DNA from: Selaginella moellendorffii
Lineage: Eukaryota; Plantae; Lycopodiophyta
Assembly: GCF_000143415.4 (NCBI RefSeq)
Contig: NW_003314398.1
Location: forward strand, 62,001-126,000
Direction: 5' to 3'
Length of the DNA: 64,000 bases
Of the stretch, positions 22,997-40,195 are shown one piece after another; the stretch's first letter is position 1, and each line of letters begins with the position of its first letter. The position numbers and the translations under genes were made by a program. The notes beneath the pieces were generated by a model, which was not told where the DNA came from, made no database searches, and saw only the letters and a program-made list of their open reading frames with translations.

Positions 22997-25941
22997 TTAG
23001 TCGCCTTCCGGGTGGGAATGCTTCTTGAAGTACCTCTGGCCCTCCCCCGGACTTCTAGCTCCAGGTGAATCATTGTCCATGGCGGCCGGAGGATCCGGAG
23101 AAATGTCTTGAGTGGAAGGAAAGCCCTCCAGCGGCTCGTGGTCCGATCCCTGCCTCTCGAGGTCGTCTTGAGACTCTTCTTCTTTGGCTCCTGCGACATC
23201 CGAGTCCATCGGAATCACGTCGTCAACATCTTGTGCGGCACCTCCATCGTCAACAGCTACACTCCCATTCTGCAATTAAATAAAGGTCGCTTCCATTCGT
23301 TTAAACTGAAGTATTGAAAGAACCTGATTTTCTTCCGAAGGAGGAACTGTTGCGGCGTCGTCACCTTTCTTTGCTGCCTTTTGCTTTGACTTGTCCGACT
23401 TCCCATGAACTTTAAGCCGAACTTCCTGGGTAAGTAGCTCAGGCGGCACAACACCTTCGATTCCTAGCTCAGTGAACTGACCAGGTAAAAGAGGAAGGAT
23501 TAGAGAGAAAAATAGAACATGCATACTGCATACCCTTGCAAATCCTTCCAAATCCTGCCTTGCCGAGAATCTTAAGCCTTTCCAACAGTAGACCTGAATA
23601 GAATGCCACTATTACGAAAGTTTCCTTCTTCACGGAGGTATACCTTATCGTTTTTGTGACTGTATTCCGCTTCAATACCAGACATAGGATCCATCTGCAG
23701 ATAGTCAGGCATTATCTAAACCCGGACAAAGTTTGAAAGCTGCTTACATCCTCAGCCAAAGCAGTCCAATACTCGTGAACTGGAGGCGTCTTCACTCGCT
23801 GTGGATCAGTCAGAGCATTCTGCAACATGCGTCAGAACTGTATATTAAACTCGAGTGACACATACAGGATTTTGATCCGCCCATTTCCACAGCTGTGAGA
23901 GTTCCTTGTTTCCCAACCTCCATCGCTGCTTCCTGTGGTAGAGTTTTATTTAGTGAGAGTAACAGGAACTTCTCGCAGACCTCTTTTTAGTCCCTTCAAT
24001 AGACGATTTGCGTTCAGAAACGTTTTTTTCAAATGGTGGGCAACCATCGCGTTTCCACCAGACCTAAGCAAAAACAGTGCATGAGCTGACTTTACTCGTA
24101 AACAATAACTTGCTTACCCAGTTTTTTTCACGTTCAAGTAAATGCTCAATGCTCTTCAAGAAATCTTTTCCTTTAGGAGGAGTAGATTCTAAAAGACGCT
24201 TCACGCGATCTTCCAAAACCTTTACTTCATCTTTCTGCGAGAAAAAAAATTGAATACCCATAATGACAAATTATAGAAATATACCAGACTTTCTCTTGCT
24301 GCTTCTTTTTCCGTTTTACCGGGTGTCTGTTTAAATCAAATTATTAGTCGGACAAGATGCATATTGTTTTGAGCTTACCTTCAAATAGTCAAAAACAATC
24401 AGGCACTGTACAAGTACATGTCTCCTAAAACTGGGATCTTTAAGCTGTTACCAAAGACTTTATAGCAGTACACGTATAAGCTGAATCTTACCTCGAGAGA
24501 CATCAAATTACAACTGGTAAGATACTTCGTATTAAAGGTCATGTCATCGCCCTCATCAAGCTGGTGGGAAGTGCTATCATCATCTCCCAAAGGCTGCGCA
24601 TCAAAGGCGCTCAAAACAATCTGCAAGAAAAATTTCGGTCACATTGCGCAAACTCATAGTCCAGAAAGAACTGACAGTTAAACTTGCAGAGAAGATATGC
24701 CATCTTGGGATCAGTGCTGCGGGGTTAGAGAAGTGTTCCTGAGAAGGAAAAATAAGAGGATATCAAAAAACTTTAACGAGAAATCTGCACCTGAAGTCCC
24801 CAAAAAGTCTTGTAAAAGTTGAAATCAATAGGCACATCTATGGAGAAAAAAGATAAAAAACAGAACATGAGGTTGGAACCATCAGTTGGCGTACCGTCAG
24901 GTTGGTCTTTCTCATAGTTTGTTTCGTTAGAGGTATTGAATACACCCTTAATATTTACAGCTGAAATCCACATTTAAGTAGCTGCGGCCTTAAGTTAAAA
25001 TTTTAAAAATCACCTGATCGTTCATAGAGAGGAAAAACGTGTGCAAGAAACATAAGGATTCGGCCGCAAAATACAACATCATTCGCCTGCAATATGTAAA
25101 TTAGCCTCACGAAGAAAAGAAAAACGCCCAGTCTGAACCTTTGAAAGTCGTCTTAGCAACTGATTGCAAGTTCTCAACATGACCAGTTTCCCCCGCCCAA
25201 ACAATTCTGTCTGGATCATCCACAACTTACTTACATAGTCGCACGAAGTAGAAAGCATACCTTTCCAAGAACTTCCTGTTTCCCCTCGATGTAGGCAAAA
25301 ACTTCCTTACAATCTTTGATAGTCGATACTTCTGTTAAGTCCTCTAGCAGCTGGAAAACCATGCCTCCCTCAACATGGGTCTTCTCGCAGAGATACAACA
25401 CGATGTCTGGGGGTATAAGAACAGTAAGTAAGGAGCACGAAAGAAAAGAGGAAGAGGATAACCGACCAAGGAGCCTGGTGATCAATCCACCGCTGTTGTC
25501 CGAGTCGTCTATAGAACGCCCATACTGCATTACGGGCTCCCCGGCATCCACAGCAGCGCCCTGCCAAGAAAAAAAACAGTACAAACATCAATGTAAGACG
25601 AAGATGCGTACCACAAGTTCTTGGAGCAGCAAGCGCAATGCGTTTTCCAGGAGCTGATTCTCGTCCTGGACCAACACGGCGTGCTTCTGGGGCTTCATCG
25701 CCTCCTGCATCGTCGCTAGCGCCACCGACGCAGCAGGCGACGAGTGCGAGATCGCTTGCTTGAAAACATCCTGGAAATATTTCCCACCGATTGGCCTGAG
25801 CTGAGATCGCGAAGAACTCACCAGAATCCTGTTGCGATCGGATTGGAGAGCCGAGAAGACTGGATCCGCGACGTGCTGGAGCTGGACTCGTAATCCCCCG
25901 CCCGCGTCCACCATCGCTTGACCTAGCCCTAAACCCTCCAT
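22997..25941 (-). CDS. THO1: THO complex subunit 1 (HPR1/THO1), many short introns; ends approximate
   Basis: KPQK..LVQDENQLLEN.LR.LLQEL, GGMVFQLLEDLTE, DVVFCGRILMFLAH, AVNIKGVFNTSNET, KYLTS.NLMSLE, HLLEREKNWV. Confidence 0.92.
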
Positions 25942-26051
25942 TTTCTTTTGAAATGTAGCATTGGTTGTATAAATGCGATCATAGTCATGGTGGCAGTGGT
26001 ATATTCTAGAAGCGACTCTAAAGGAGAAAAGATCTTTGGTTCTATCAGAGA

Positions 26052-29000
26052 CTAGCCAGTGCTCACGAGTAAACTTGCCGGAAGCTTGCCTTGCAAACAG
26101 GGACTGATATCCAAGGCCGCAAGCCACGAGCCATTAAACACGAGATTGACACCAGGGAGTGGAACTATCTCGTCTTCGTCTTGCTCCACAAACATCGTCA
26201 CTGCTCCCTTTGGAGATGGCGAGAATTGGTCCTCTCCAGCCGAAAGCGTATACGTCCTATAAGAGACCACGCATACAAGCTCTCATCTCTTAGACAAGAG
26301 AAAAACTTGCTAGTACCTCATAGTGTTCTCATCGATGCTTCCTTTCTCCGACTGGAGCCTTCTCATCAGCGGGGTGGAACTGGAACGCGAGGTAGTGCTC
26401 CTGGGACTCTCGCTTAAACTGGGCGTTTCCTGGACCGCGGAGTAAGCCAACCTCGACACTGGGCCATCGGCTTGGTAGTCGCTTATAAAGTCCTGGAGCT
26501 TGGAATGGAGCTGCCACATTTCCCTGTCGTGCCGAGCAAGAGCATCAGAGTCGAAGAGTCCGCACTTGACGACCCCCTCGCAGACGAGCTTGCACAGCGC
26601 GGTGTTGAATAGCGGAAGGCCAAACTCGATGCTCTGAGGAACCCACTGCCAGACCGGTGCTCCACTGCCGCTGGTGGTGGTCTCAGAAACTACACTAACC
26701 AGACGAACGTATCCCATGGTGTTGAGGTGGAGTTCCTTCACCGCTTGGCTTAGAGCTTGTCCGGCCGAGTCCGGTTTGTAGAGTGGCAGAGCGATGTCCT
26801 TTGTAACAAGTTCGGCCTTTTCACCACCCTGGAAGGACTCCTTCGAGTAAGGTTGGACGACCACTGCCGAGTGTTTGAGGAGAGTGTTCACTACGTGAAG
26901 GAGAACTCCACCTTCTACCAGAGTTCCCTCGAATTTACCACCTGGTCCTCCAGCAGCAGTCCCATCCCCCCAAGTCCACACCAGCGCCTTGTAACACCGC
27001 GAGAGAGACTCTGGAAGCATTCTAAGTCGCTGCCCCCGTATCAAAGCCACCGAGACAGGCCCGGCTCCCGCAACGCTGTACAGGAGTAACTTCATCCATG
27101 GTGTCGTCGCAGCTCGTGAAGGAGGTCCAAAGTGAACGGGTCCGCCTCCCTCTGATGAGATAACGGCAGGACGCGATGGTAGCGGTATCATTGAGACGAT
27201 GACGTCGTAGTCCCGGCGGAAGACTCGTTGGATGGTTGCCGCTGCCAACCCGGACAAGCTCTCACAGCGGACAACGTCGACTCGGACCTTCTTCGCGTTG
27301 TCAAAATTCTCCTTGTTAAACGAGACATCGTCCAGGATGCCCGAGCCGCCAGAACGGAGGCACTCCAGTGCATGCCGCAAGCTAAAGGCATGGTCTGCGA
27401 AATGCTGAAGTTCGCCTTCACACTCGGTCCCTTCAACTTTACGTAAATCTTCACACATTTCGATGACGTGTGAGTCTCCTAACTTTCCAGCTTCGTAAAG
27501 TGTTACTGCATGACCTTTCAGCCCTGCTTCGCGAGAGAAGTAAGTATCAACGTACCAAATTGACACTGATGCTTACGAGGCGAGAGAGATCCCATCATGA
27601 GGTAAGAGGTCAGGTCGGCATCCACCAAGAATGCGAAACGTACAACTCCAGGGAGTTCCGTGGGAGCGTCGCTGGTACTCGGTTCTCCCTGGTTCTCAGA
27701 AGGACGATGAACAGGGCTTAAAGCAACTGTAGGATCGTCGTCTCCAAAATCAGAAGATGGAGATCCTGGCTCGTTGGGATCACTTAGAAGAGCTGCGGGA
27801 TCAACTCTTTTCTTTGCCCAGCCAAGACGAGCGGCTAAAGACACGGCTGCTTCCAGCTTGGAAAAGTCAGCCTGTAATGTTGAAGCGAGCTCAGCAATAG
27901 TAGCATGCTCGCTTGAAGTGATGAAAACTGCGTAGAGAAGTCTGGAGTGAAAACCGCCATAAGTTTCAGTAATAAATAAGCAACAAGTTCTTACTCTTCA
28001 GTGGGATCCTCGTAATTTTGGTTCTGGTTTGAAACAAATCCCTCCAAAGTTAAGACTGCGGAAATTCAGATTACAACAGAAGAAAGAACTATGTGATTAA
28101 CAACCTTGGAAGTGATCGTCAGGAGATACCGGCACGTCAAAATACACAAAACCTCTACGATAGAGACCACGTACAATGAAAGGATCATGCTCTCCAAACC
28201 GAGCAACATCATCCTCGCACACTTTCTCTACCAGAATGCTCTCCTCTTCTGAGAGTTTCTGTTTGAATAGACGTACAATTCAAAGTTCCTAAAAGTAAGA
28301 TAGAGCGTCTGTAAATTTCATTAGCTGATTGGTGCAATCGAAGAACTTCACCCTTATCTCATCTTGCGAGAGGTTCACAACGTTGATAATCCACCAAGCT
28401 TCAATACAAATGTCGGCCGGCTCAGAAGGCAGTAAATCTTTAGCAAAAGACTTATTAATTCTCCACATAATTTTCTGGAAGCAAGGGACATTTAAAGTCT
28501 ATGCAAAACAATAAAAAGAATTACCTTTGCTCTGCATTTATTCAAGACATCTATGTACTCGTTGCGTCCAATTCCAGTCACCCGCAACGCATCAGCAGCA
28601 CTGAAGTTCGGAATAGAATCGTAAGGCCTTTCTGATGGAAATGACAAGAAGGTTATAAAGAAGATGACCTCGGCTGCAAACCATACCATCTTTCAAAGCT
28701 TCATAGAGCATATCACAGTAGTGTTGGAACGGAGAAACTCGAAGAATACGGCAGACGTAATCGGATAAATGATATGGAAAGAGCTGTCAAGAATCAAAAG
28801 TTAAAAACGAAATCGAGAAAAACGACGGAGATGTACCGCAGAATTTCGACGAAGATAGCGCATCAGCTCGTCGTAATAATCACTTTCCTTGCAAGTGTTT
28901 TTGGCAAGAGACTCGCTCCACCTCAAACGATTTTTGATGCAGTAGTCTTTTATCCTGAAAGCTAAGAATGTTAGTGAATCAAAGAATTAACGAGCTTACT

Positions 29001-29127
29001 TTTTGTGCCATTCTTCGCTAGATTGAAGATAGAGCTTGAGCCGCTTTGGAAGCTTGTCCCAGTTAGCCTCGTCTTCAATAGCCTTCGCGATCATCTGTTC
29101 CTCAACGTTGGAGTCCAGCCTTTGCAT
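26052..29127 (-). CDS. FAM91A1 family protein
   Basis: WDKLPKRLK, YDSIPNFSAADALRVTGIGRNEY, AFLVDADLTSYLMMGSLSP, GHAVTLYEAGKL, EGELQHFADHAFSLR. Confidence 0.9.
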
Positions 29128-29286
29128 CGTGGTCGACAACAGAAACCTAAATCCGAGCAATGTTATGACATGAGACTTCATACTGGGCTCCTTGTGCAAC
29201 TGCCAGTCGTTCGTTACGTAAAAAAATGCGCGTTAAGTAATAAAATGAAAAAGAGCCTCTTCACATTCTCACGAGAGGAACTTGTC

Positions 29287-31528
29287 TCAGGCTCGTTCCT
29301 CCCATTTGTCTCTCAGAAATGACCATGGTCCCGTTGCGAACGTTAGCCTGCATCGGTCAAAAACTTTAAACTGGTAGTAAGACCATCTAATTACCTCAAA
29401 AATCCAGCAGCAGCTCGCAAAGCCATGACAAGCGTCAGGCCCATCCAGACTCCTGGAAGTCCGAACCTCCTAGGAGCCAACAGTAAAACAGCTGAAGAAA
29501 CTAGTGCGTTTGACATCTGCCAAAAAGAGAATAGAAATGTAGACATAGCAAGTACAATCTTACCATTGCATATGTCGAGTATCTGAAATCGGAAGCACCA
29601 TAGTGAATCCCATCAAAAACAAAAGCAAGCGAATTGATCGGTTGCGTCAAAGCAACGAACTACAAAAATAGACAATGTATCTCTTGTAGGAAAAGAAGAA
29701 AAGCTTACTGGCATAATCGTAGACATCACTTTGAGCACCCCTATATCGCTGGTGAACAGCTTAGATAAAATACTGGACGATGTACCGAGGATTGTGGTCA
29801 TTAGAATTCCCAAAGAAAAGCCCATCTACGAAAGTGTAAGAAAAGAGAAAAGGTGAAAAAATATTTTAAAAAAAGCCAAGCAGATTGACATACTTGCAAG
29901 ACACGATAGGATACCAGTTTAGCCCGTCTATAATCTCTCTTTGCAAATGCACCAGCTAGAAGAGCCTGAAAAGCTACGGGTTAGCTACTTAGAAATTTTG
30001 AACTCCAATTGTTTCTACCTGGACAGCTATTGCCAACGAATCTGAAAGTAGCGACGCAGCAAGCCAAAGTTGCATACAAACTTGATGAGCTGCCATTGGT
30101 ATGGTGCCTTGACGGGTAGCCATCGACGTAGACNNNNNNNNNNNNNNNNNNNNNNNNNNNNNNNNNNNNNNNNNNNNNNNNNNNNNNNNNNNNNNNNNNN
30201 NNNNNNNNNNNNNNNNNNNNNNNNNNNNNNNNNTTTTGTTAAGGCACCACAGCAAATAAAACATCATCGCATATCTACAGCGACAAACGTAAATAGCTAA
30301 AAAAACGTAAGCGACAAAAATGTAAGCTTACTGTGATGCTCCATATGCAAATGCCGCACCCACTACGCCGAATTTTAGACCAAATATAAGAGTTGCCCCC
30401 AGGACAATGTTTGACAAACTTGCAATCGCTGAAGAGAGAATTAGTCGTAAACAAACTCATCGAGTGACATACCGGTTGCATAGAGAGGCGTCTTGGTGTC
30501 CTTCAATCCGCGAAAAATACCTTGCAATGTCAGTGAAAGCACGGCTGCTGGTGCCGCAAGAGCCCGAAAAACGAGATACTGTCTTGCGGGTGGTGCCATT
30601 ACTGAATCCTACAAACATTTAAATAATTCTTGCAAGCAGACTTAAAAACTCATGTTGTACCTTGGCGACGCCCATCAGTTTAAGCAATCTCCCACCTTGA
30701 AATCCCAGTAACAACGCTTCGATTAACCCGATTGCACAGCCGAGGACGAGAGCGGAAGAAACAGCAGGCAGGACTTGTTTGCCGTATCTTTTTGCGTCGG
30801 ACTGCTGCTCTGAAATCTAGCATCATATTCCCGCCTATGAAATATAACAGTAAAATCACCTGATCATCGGTGAGAACAGCAGCATCGTCCTCAGCTACGA
30901 ACGAAGTTGTCACGCTTAAAAGAGGAATGTTGAAGCACTTAGAGACGTAGTTGAAAGCCGAGATCGAAACTCCAACAGCAGCTAGCTCCACCGCTCCTGT
31001 AAACGTTTTTTCGGCTAAGGAACGAAAGAAGAGAGGAAAGAGAAAAAGGGAATAACGAAGGTACCTAGCCTTCCTACAAATGCTGTCTCCGTAAGAAGCG
31101 CCAGCGGCTCAATCGCCTGACCGAGCAGCGCTGGAAACGCCAAAACCGCGACTTCTTTCGCGAGGCCGTCCTTGGCCACAATATCCTCAAGCAAACTCCT
31201 ATCAATCAATCATACATCATCTCTACCTCAAATTCTTCTCACGATCATACCTGTCAGCTGGAGGATTTCCATCAGCTTTATCAGCGAAAAGGACCTCATC
31301 GGCGCTGAGGGAGCAAAATATCGATCGAGATCGCCTCCCGCGCGCCAAGAACAAGCAGCCCCCTCCACATCGAGCAAACGCGATGCCTGATTTGAGATTC
31401 CAATGCCGAAAAGAAACCGTGTTGCTCGGAATTCGCGACCTCCCAGCCGCATTGAGCCGGCTCTGCTCGCGATCGACAGCGCGAAAGGAGAGAGCGGCGG
31501 GCACGGCAGGAGGCGCCAGCGCACCCAT
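29287..31528 (-). CDS. MATE/DTX transporter (DTX42-47/FRD3-like clade), probable plastid transit peptide; spans an assembly gap
   Basis: LAFPALLGQAIEPLA..ETAFVGRLG, SKCFNIPLLSVTTSFVAEDD, MAAHQVCMQLWLAASLLSDSLA, GPWSFL. Confidence 0.92.
30134..30233. other. Assembly gap (100 N)
   Basis: Run of N. Confidence 1.
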
Positions 31529-31773
31529 ATCGCATTGAAATATAGAACCCTAAACCCCCATCGCTAGTACCAAATGGACAGATATTTACATTAACATAGA
31601 AGAGGTGCCACAAGTCGGCTTTCTTGCTCTTTCTTATTCATCCACGAATGCCTTGGATGATACGCCCGCGCACAAAAGAAGAAGAGTGAGCTCTCGGCCC
31701 AAAATTATATGAAACATGGAAAAGAGAGAAGAAGAAGAACCACCAAAATCCGCCAGTGATCTGAGAGAGAGAG

Positions 31774-35992
<4,219 letters not shown>

Positions 35993-36865
35993 TTCTTCGT
36001 CTTGAGCCCGACCTAGGAATTTTTTCGATTCTCGATCTATCCTGAATCTACAATCCTCATCCCAGAGCTCTTCTTGCCGCGCATTGAGCTATAGCCTAGG
36101 GCAGCACTCACCTCACGGCGCCATGGAATCCTCGTCCCCGCGCGGCCGATCTTTCTTCTTGGATCCACCTGCGGGAGCCTGCGCAGATCCGCGTCATCGC
36201 TGCTGCTGCTCCCAAGCCCTAAACCTAAAATCCGGAGGAAAAGAAGATCCCTGCTCTAAATCGGATGCTCCGGACGCCTGGATTCGCGCGACCTAGAATT
36301 TCCTCTTCTTTCCTCTGCGGTGCTTTCACTGAGCTCTTGGCCTTGGCTATGGTGGAGCCTTCTCCTTCTTAAAATTAAACCCCCATCCGACGGCCTCGAG
36401 AGCGCCAACGCGACACCGACGGCTGAGATCTTGCCCCTCGTAAATTTCAAAAATAAAAAGAAAGAAAGGGAGGATTTAGGTCGAGCGATCGAGCACCGCC
36501 ATTGCTCCAATGTCTCGATCGATCATCAGGTGAATCAGTGAAATATTTCCAGGAGCTGAGATCCTCCCAGGCATAGCAAGCGCTGCGATTTCGTCTTGTG
36601 CGCGATCAACTGCTGTCCCTACGCCGCATTCTCGCAAGAAATCGCTTGGCAGCGGAGCGATGTAGAACCGGGGCGCTCGATCGCTCCCTGGCGGTACGGT
36701 ATTTCGACCAATCGAGCTAGTTGCTACTTAGATCTCGTGAGTGCTTCCGAAAAAAAAAATCCTAGCTCCAAAAGAATTTCTTATTTCCTCCATCCAGCTT
36801 GTGCTTCCTTATTCGAAACCAATCATTTTTATTGTACACTATGTTTCTTCCTCTCACTCACTCAC

Positions 36866-38368
36866 TCACAACTGACGATTCAGCAGGATGGCAAGGACGA
36901 TCGCCGCGATCAACTTGGAGTGGACGAGGAACGAGCCAGCAGCACCACTACAGTCGGCTCTCTCGAATCCAACTCTCGATCTCTCGTTGTCATACTCCAC
37001 AAGGTAATTGCTCTGCTGGTAGTTTCCCAGTACGTTGATCTTGCCAAAACCACTTTTCTGGGAGCTTAGGATCGCCAGGCACACCGTAACTTCGTTGCCG
37101 GCAGCAGAGACCGGCACGAACAGATGCTCGAAGCGGAGCTCCAGCCTGACATTGTTCTGCAGCGACAGCCTCACCTCCGGCACGCCGGGAAGGCTCGAGC
37201 CAGCCGAGATGTTGTAGCAGTCGTCGAACCCCGCGGCCGCGCCAACTTTCTTCCGCAAGCCCGACCGGTTGGAGGCGGCGAAAGCGTTGCGGAAAGCCGT
37301 GTAGGCGTCGTCCACGACCCGAGTGAAGGTGGTGCCCGAGTCGAGGACTGTGCCTCCATCGCCGGTGCTCGGGTCAAGCTTGAAAGCCGACTCTGGAATG
37401 GCCAGAGTCTTGCCGTCGACGGAGATGGAAGTGAGGCCGACGTAGTAGAGCTGAGAGCGAGCAGGAGTGACCGGGTTATCCAGCAGCGGCGTGTAGCTAA
37501 CCTTGCTCTTGGATAGGCCCGAATCACCGAGAAAGATGACGCCGGTTGCGCGAGGCTGCCAAGGCTGCGATGGGAAACAGTAGCTGAACTTGCTGCCACC
37601 AAGCCGGTCCTTGAGCTGCGACGGCAGCGAGAGATTACCTCGGTTGAATCCCACGATGCCGAGGCTGCCGAGGTCGACGAGAAACCCCTGCGGGCTGTGA
37701 GCACAGCCAAAGGCAACGTCGCGGAACTGGACGGCTTGGCTGCTACTGTTGGTGCTGTTGAGGAAGATCACGTCCTGCGAAAAGTCCCCGGTGGAGTTTC
37801 GCGAGTCGCCATAGGAGAGCGAGTACGTGCAAGCGGCGGACGAGTTCACGCAGGGCTGGGACGAGCCATTGGAGGTTTGCTGCTGGACGGCCAGGCAGAG
37901 TTGCGAGATGCAAGGAACTTGGCGGTAGCTCTGGGAGGCTGCCGGGTCGAAGACAGGCCTGGAGCGGCTGCCGCACTGGACGAGCACGGCCTCGCTCCCC
38001 GTGTCGATGATGGCGCTTAAATTCTTCTGGAGTGAGCCGATTCCCAGCTGCATGGAGAAGAGCGCGTAGTCTTCGAGCGGCGTGACCACGGACCTCACTC
38101 CACTGGTTGGCCGATTCCCTCGCAAGTCAAGGTGATTGTTTTGGTTGTCTTGGACTTGAGACTGGATCCTGCTCAAGCTCTCACGGACTTGCTCCTGCAG
38201 GAAAGTTGGGAAGACTGGACGCCAAAAGGAGCTGAGAGGCCTGTCCTCTCCGGCGGCACGTACCACGAAGAAGCAAACGACGATGGAGAAAACGCTTTTG
38301 AGACGCTGACCATAGCTCTCGCTGGAGTTTGAGCGGAGATGGGAAAGAACTTCTCGCGATCGAGGCAT
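36866..38368 (-). CDS. A1B (nepenthesin/CDR1-like) aspartic protease with hydrophobic C-terminal tail
   Basis: Intronless; DTGS and DSGT catalytic motifs, FSYC, LGNYQQ. Confidence 0.95.
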   Translation of the reverse strand: MPRSREVLSHLRSNSSESYGQRLKSVFSIVVCFFVVRAAGEDRPLSSFWRPVFPTFLQEQVRESLSRIQSQVQDNQNNHLDLRGNRPTSGVRSVVTPLEDYALFSMQLGIGSLQKNLSAIIDTGSEAVLVQCGSRSRPVFDPAASQSYRQVPCISQLCLAVQQQTSNGSSQPCVNSSAACTYSLSYGDSRNSTGDFSQDVIFLNSTNSSSQAVQFRDVAFGCAHSPQGFLVDLGSLGIVGFNRGNLSLPSQLKDRLGGSKFSYCFPSQPWQPRATGVIFLGDSGLSKSKVSYTPLLDNPVTPARSQLYYVGLTSISVDGKTLAIPESAFKLDPSTGDGGTVLDSGTTFTRVVDDAYTAFRNAFAASNRSGLRKKVGAAAGFDDCYNISAGSSLPGVPEVRLSLQNNVRLELRFEHLFVPVSAAGNEVTVCLAILSSQKSGFGKINVLGNYQQSNYLVEYDNERSRVGFERADCSGAAGSFLVHSKLIAAIVLAILLNRQL

Positions 38369-38644
38369 GATCTTTCAGAGCAGTGAATGGTCGTCGAGCT
38401 TAAAGCAGGTTGCTCACTAGTGGGAGGTGATGACAGATGCAAGGAATCAGTCAGGCCACCGCGAAGTCAACTTTCCCGGAAGGAAAAAAAGATTTCTCGG
38501 CATAGTACGTCAACGAGGTACATGTTTTTCGTCTATTATCAGTGGCCTGCTGACGCTCTACGTGACTCTTGCATGCAAACGCAATCGCTCAAAAACATTT
38601 TCCGGAAAGCAGCAATCAATACCTTGAATGATTTGCGTCGTCTC

Positions 38645-40147
38645 TCAAATCTGCGCACCCCAGACATCTTGCCTGGCTTTTAGTCGCCAGCCTTTGAGCT
38701 CGCTGCCCTCGATGCTGCTGATGGATGGAGCGATGTCCGAGCCTTGGGGAACTCTCACCCGAGCAACGAGCTTCTGCCGGGCCTTGAAAAGCGACACGGG
38801 TTCTCTCACTCCGAGCTGCTTCAGGTGCTGCTGGAGCTCCTCCTCCGTGACCGTCGGGTTGAGCTCCGAGATGAAGATGGTGGGATCGCTGTCGGCGTCG
38901 TCGCGTTTCAGAGGTGGCGGCCGAGTTTGAGCCGGGGACAGCTTCACAAGCTTGCCAGTCTCCTTTTCAATCTTGTTCTTGACATCTCGCACGGCTCCCA
39001 GTTCGTAGAGCCGCTCTAGCGTTAGCTTGTCCCAAAGGATCTCTGGAATAGAAGTAGCGGTGAGGATCTTGTTCGTAAGTTTGTGGAGTTATAACACACC
39101 TGTTGGCTTTGGGAGGCTCGTTCCTGTGAAGATGATTCTTGTTGGCGTGCATATAACATCCACAGGAACGTCGTGTTTTGCCATGAGCTCGATTGGCATG
39201 TCACTTACGAGTTGCTTATCGTCCACTGCGAGCGAGAAAAGAGAGAAAGAAAAGAATAAGAACAAGCTCGCGATGAATGGAACTTAGTATTTACCTGTAG
39301 TCACCACCAGCGTTTTCTCGTTTATTTTCATGCGTCGAAGAAGCACGTATTCCATGTCTTCCAGGCCCTGTTATCCAATTCTCAGTATCAAGAACATTTC
39401 ACTTTCGAAAAAGCTTTCTTACGTCGCCTTTGCCAATCCTTGCACCAGTTTGAGGATCAACAGCAACGGAGCCCACCACAATGAAGTTGACAATGACGAA
39501 TTCATCCATTTTCATGTCCCTCCCGAAATTTACAAACTCTGGGAACACTCGGGTTAGAGCCGAGTCGATCACATTGCAAAAAAGGAAGCCTTACTTCCTT
39601 TCATGCACGCCTCTGCTATCTGCGTGGTAGTCATGGCCGCGGGGTTGATCATCCTGAAAGTACCAGTTTGCAAGTGAGGAATAAGAACACTCTTCTTTGC
39701 TGCGACGTAAATGTAAGTCTTCGAATGCCATGGTTTTCTACGAGCCCGGTACCTCGCAGTAGCATGGTTCTCACGGGCTTGAGAACCGTGTCGGATCCTA
39801 CGCAAACGCAAAAAGAATCACGATACTCGGGCAATTTCCTCGAGAGCTGTGAGCCAACAATCAAAGAAGAAAAACTAAGAGTTGAACGACGTAGAAACGA
39901 GGAAAGGATCGTCACTTACCGTGTACGCAGCCACATTTGCACCACGGAAGACGGGATATCGATTCCTTGGCACTGTGCTCACGCCCGATTCGCACAAGCT
40001 CCACACTTTCTTCCTCACAGCCCATTTCCAAGCGGCCTCACCGGATTCCGCCAATGCAGCTACATCGGAGCTCGATCGCGAGCTTGCCAGTCGATTCCAG
40101 CACGCCAACGCCGCCCGCCGAGCCCTGGAGCGCAGCGCAGCTTCCAT
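38645..40147 (-). CDS. COG0212/MTHFSD-like protein A with C-terminal RRM-like domain
   Basis: Spliced translation: [10 protein letters not shown]...[19 protein letters not shown]...[12 protein letters not shown]...PKP...ILWDKL, then [19 protein letters not shown]...LKGWRLKA. Confidence 0.88.
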
Positions 40148-40157
40148 CGCTCACCAT

Positions 40158-40187
40158 AAACCCTAGATACCCGCCATAAACCCTAAA
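40158..40187. promoter_or_regulatory. Two telo-box motifs (AAACCCTA) in the 48-bp gap between divergent ATGs
   Basis: CCATAAACCCTAG...CCATAAACCCTAA. Confidence 0.6.
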
Positions 40188-40195
40188 ATTTCCAA

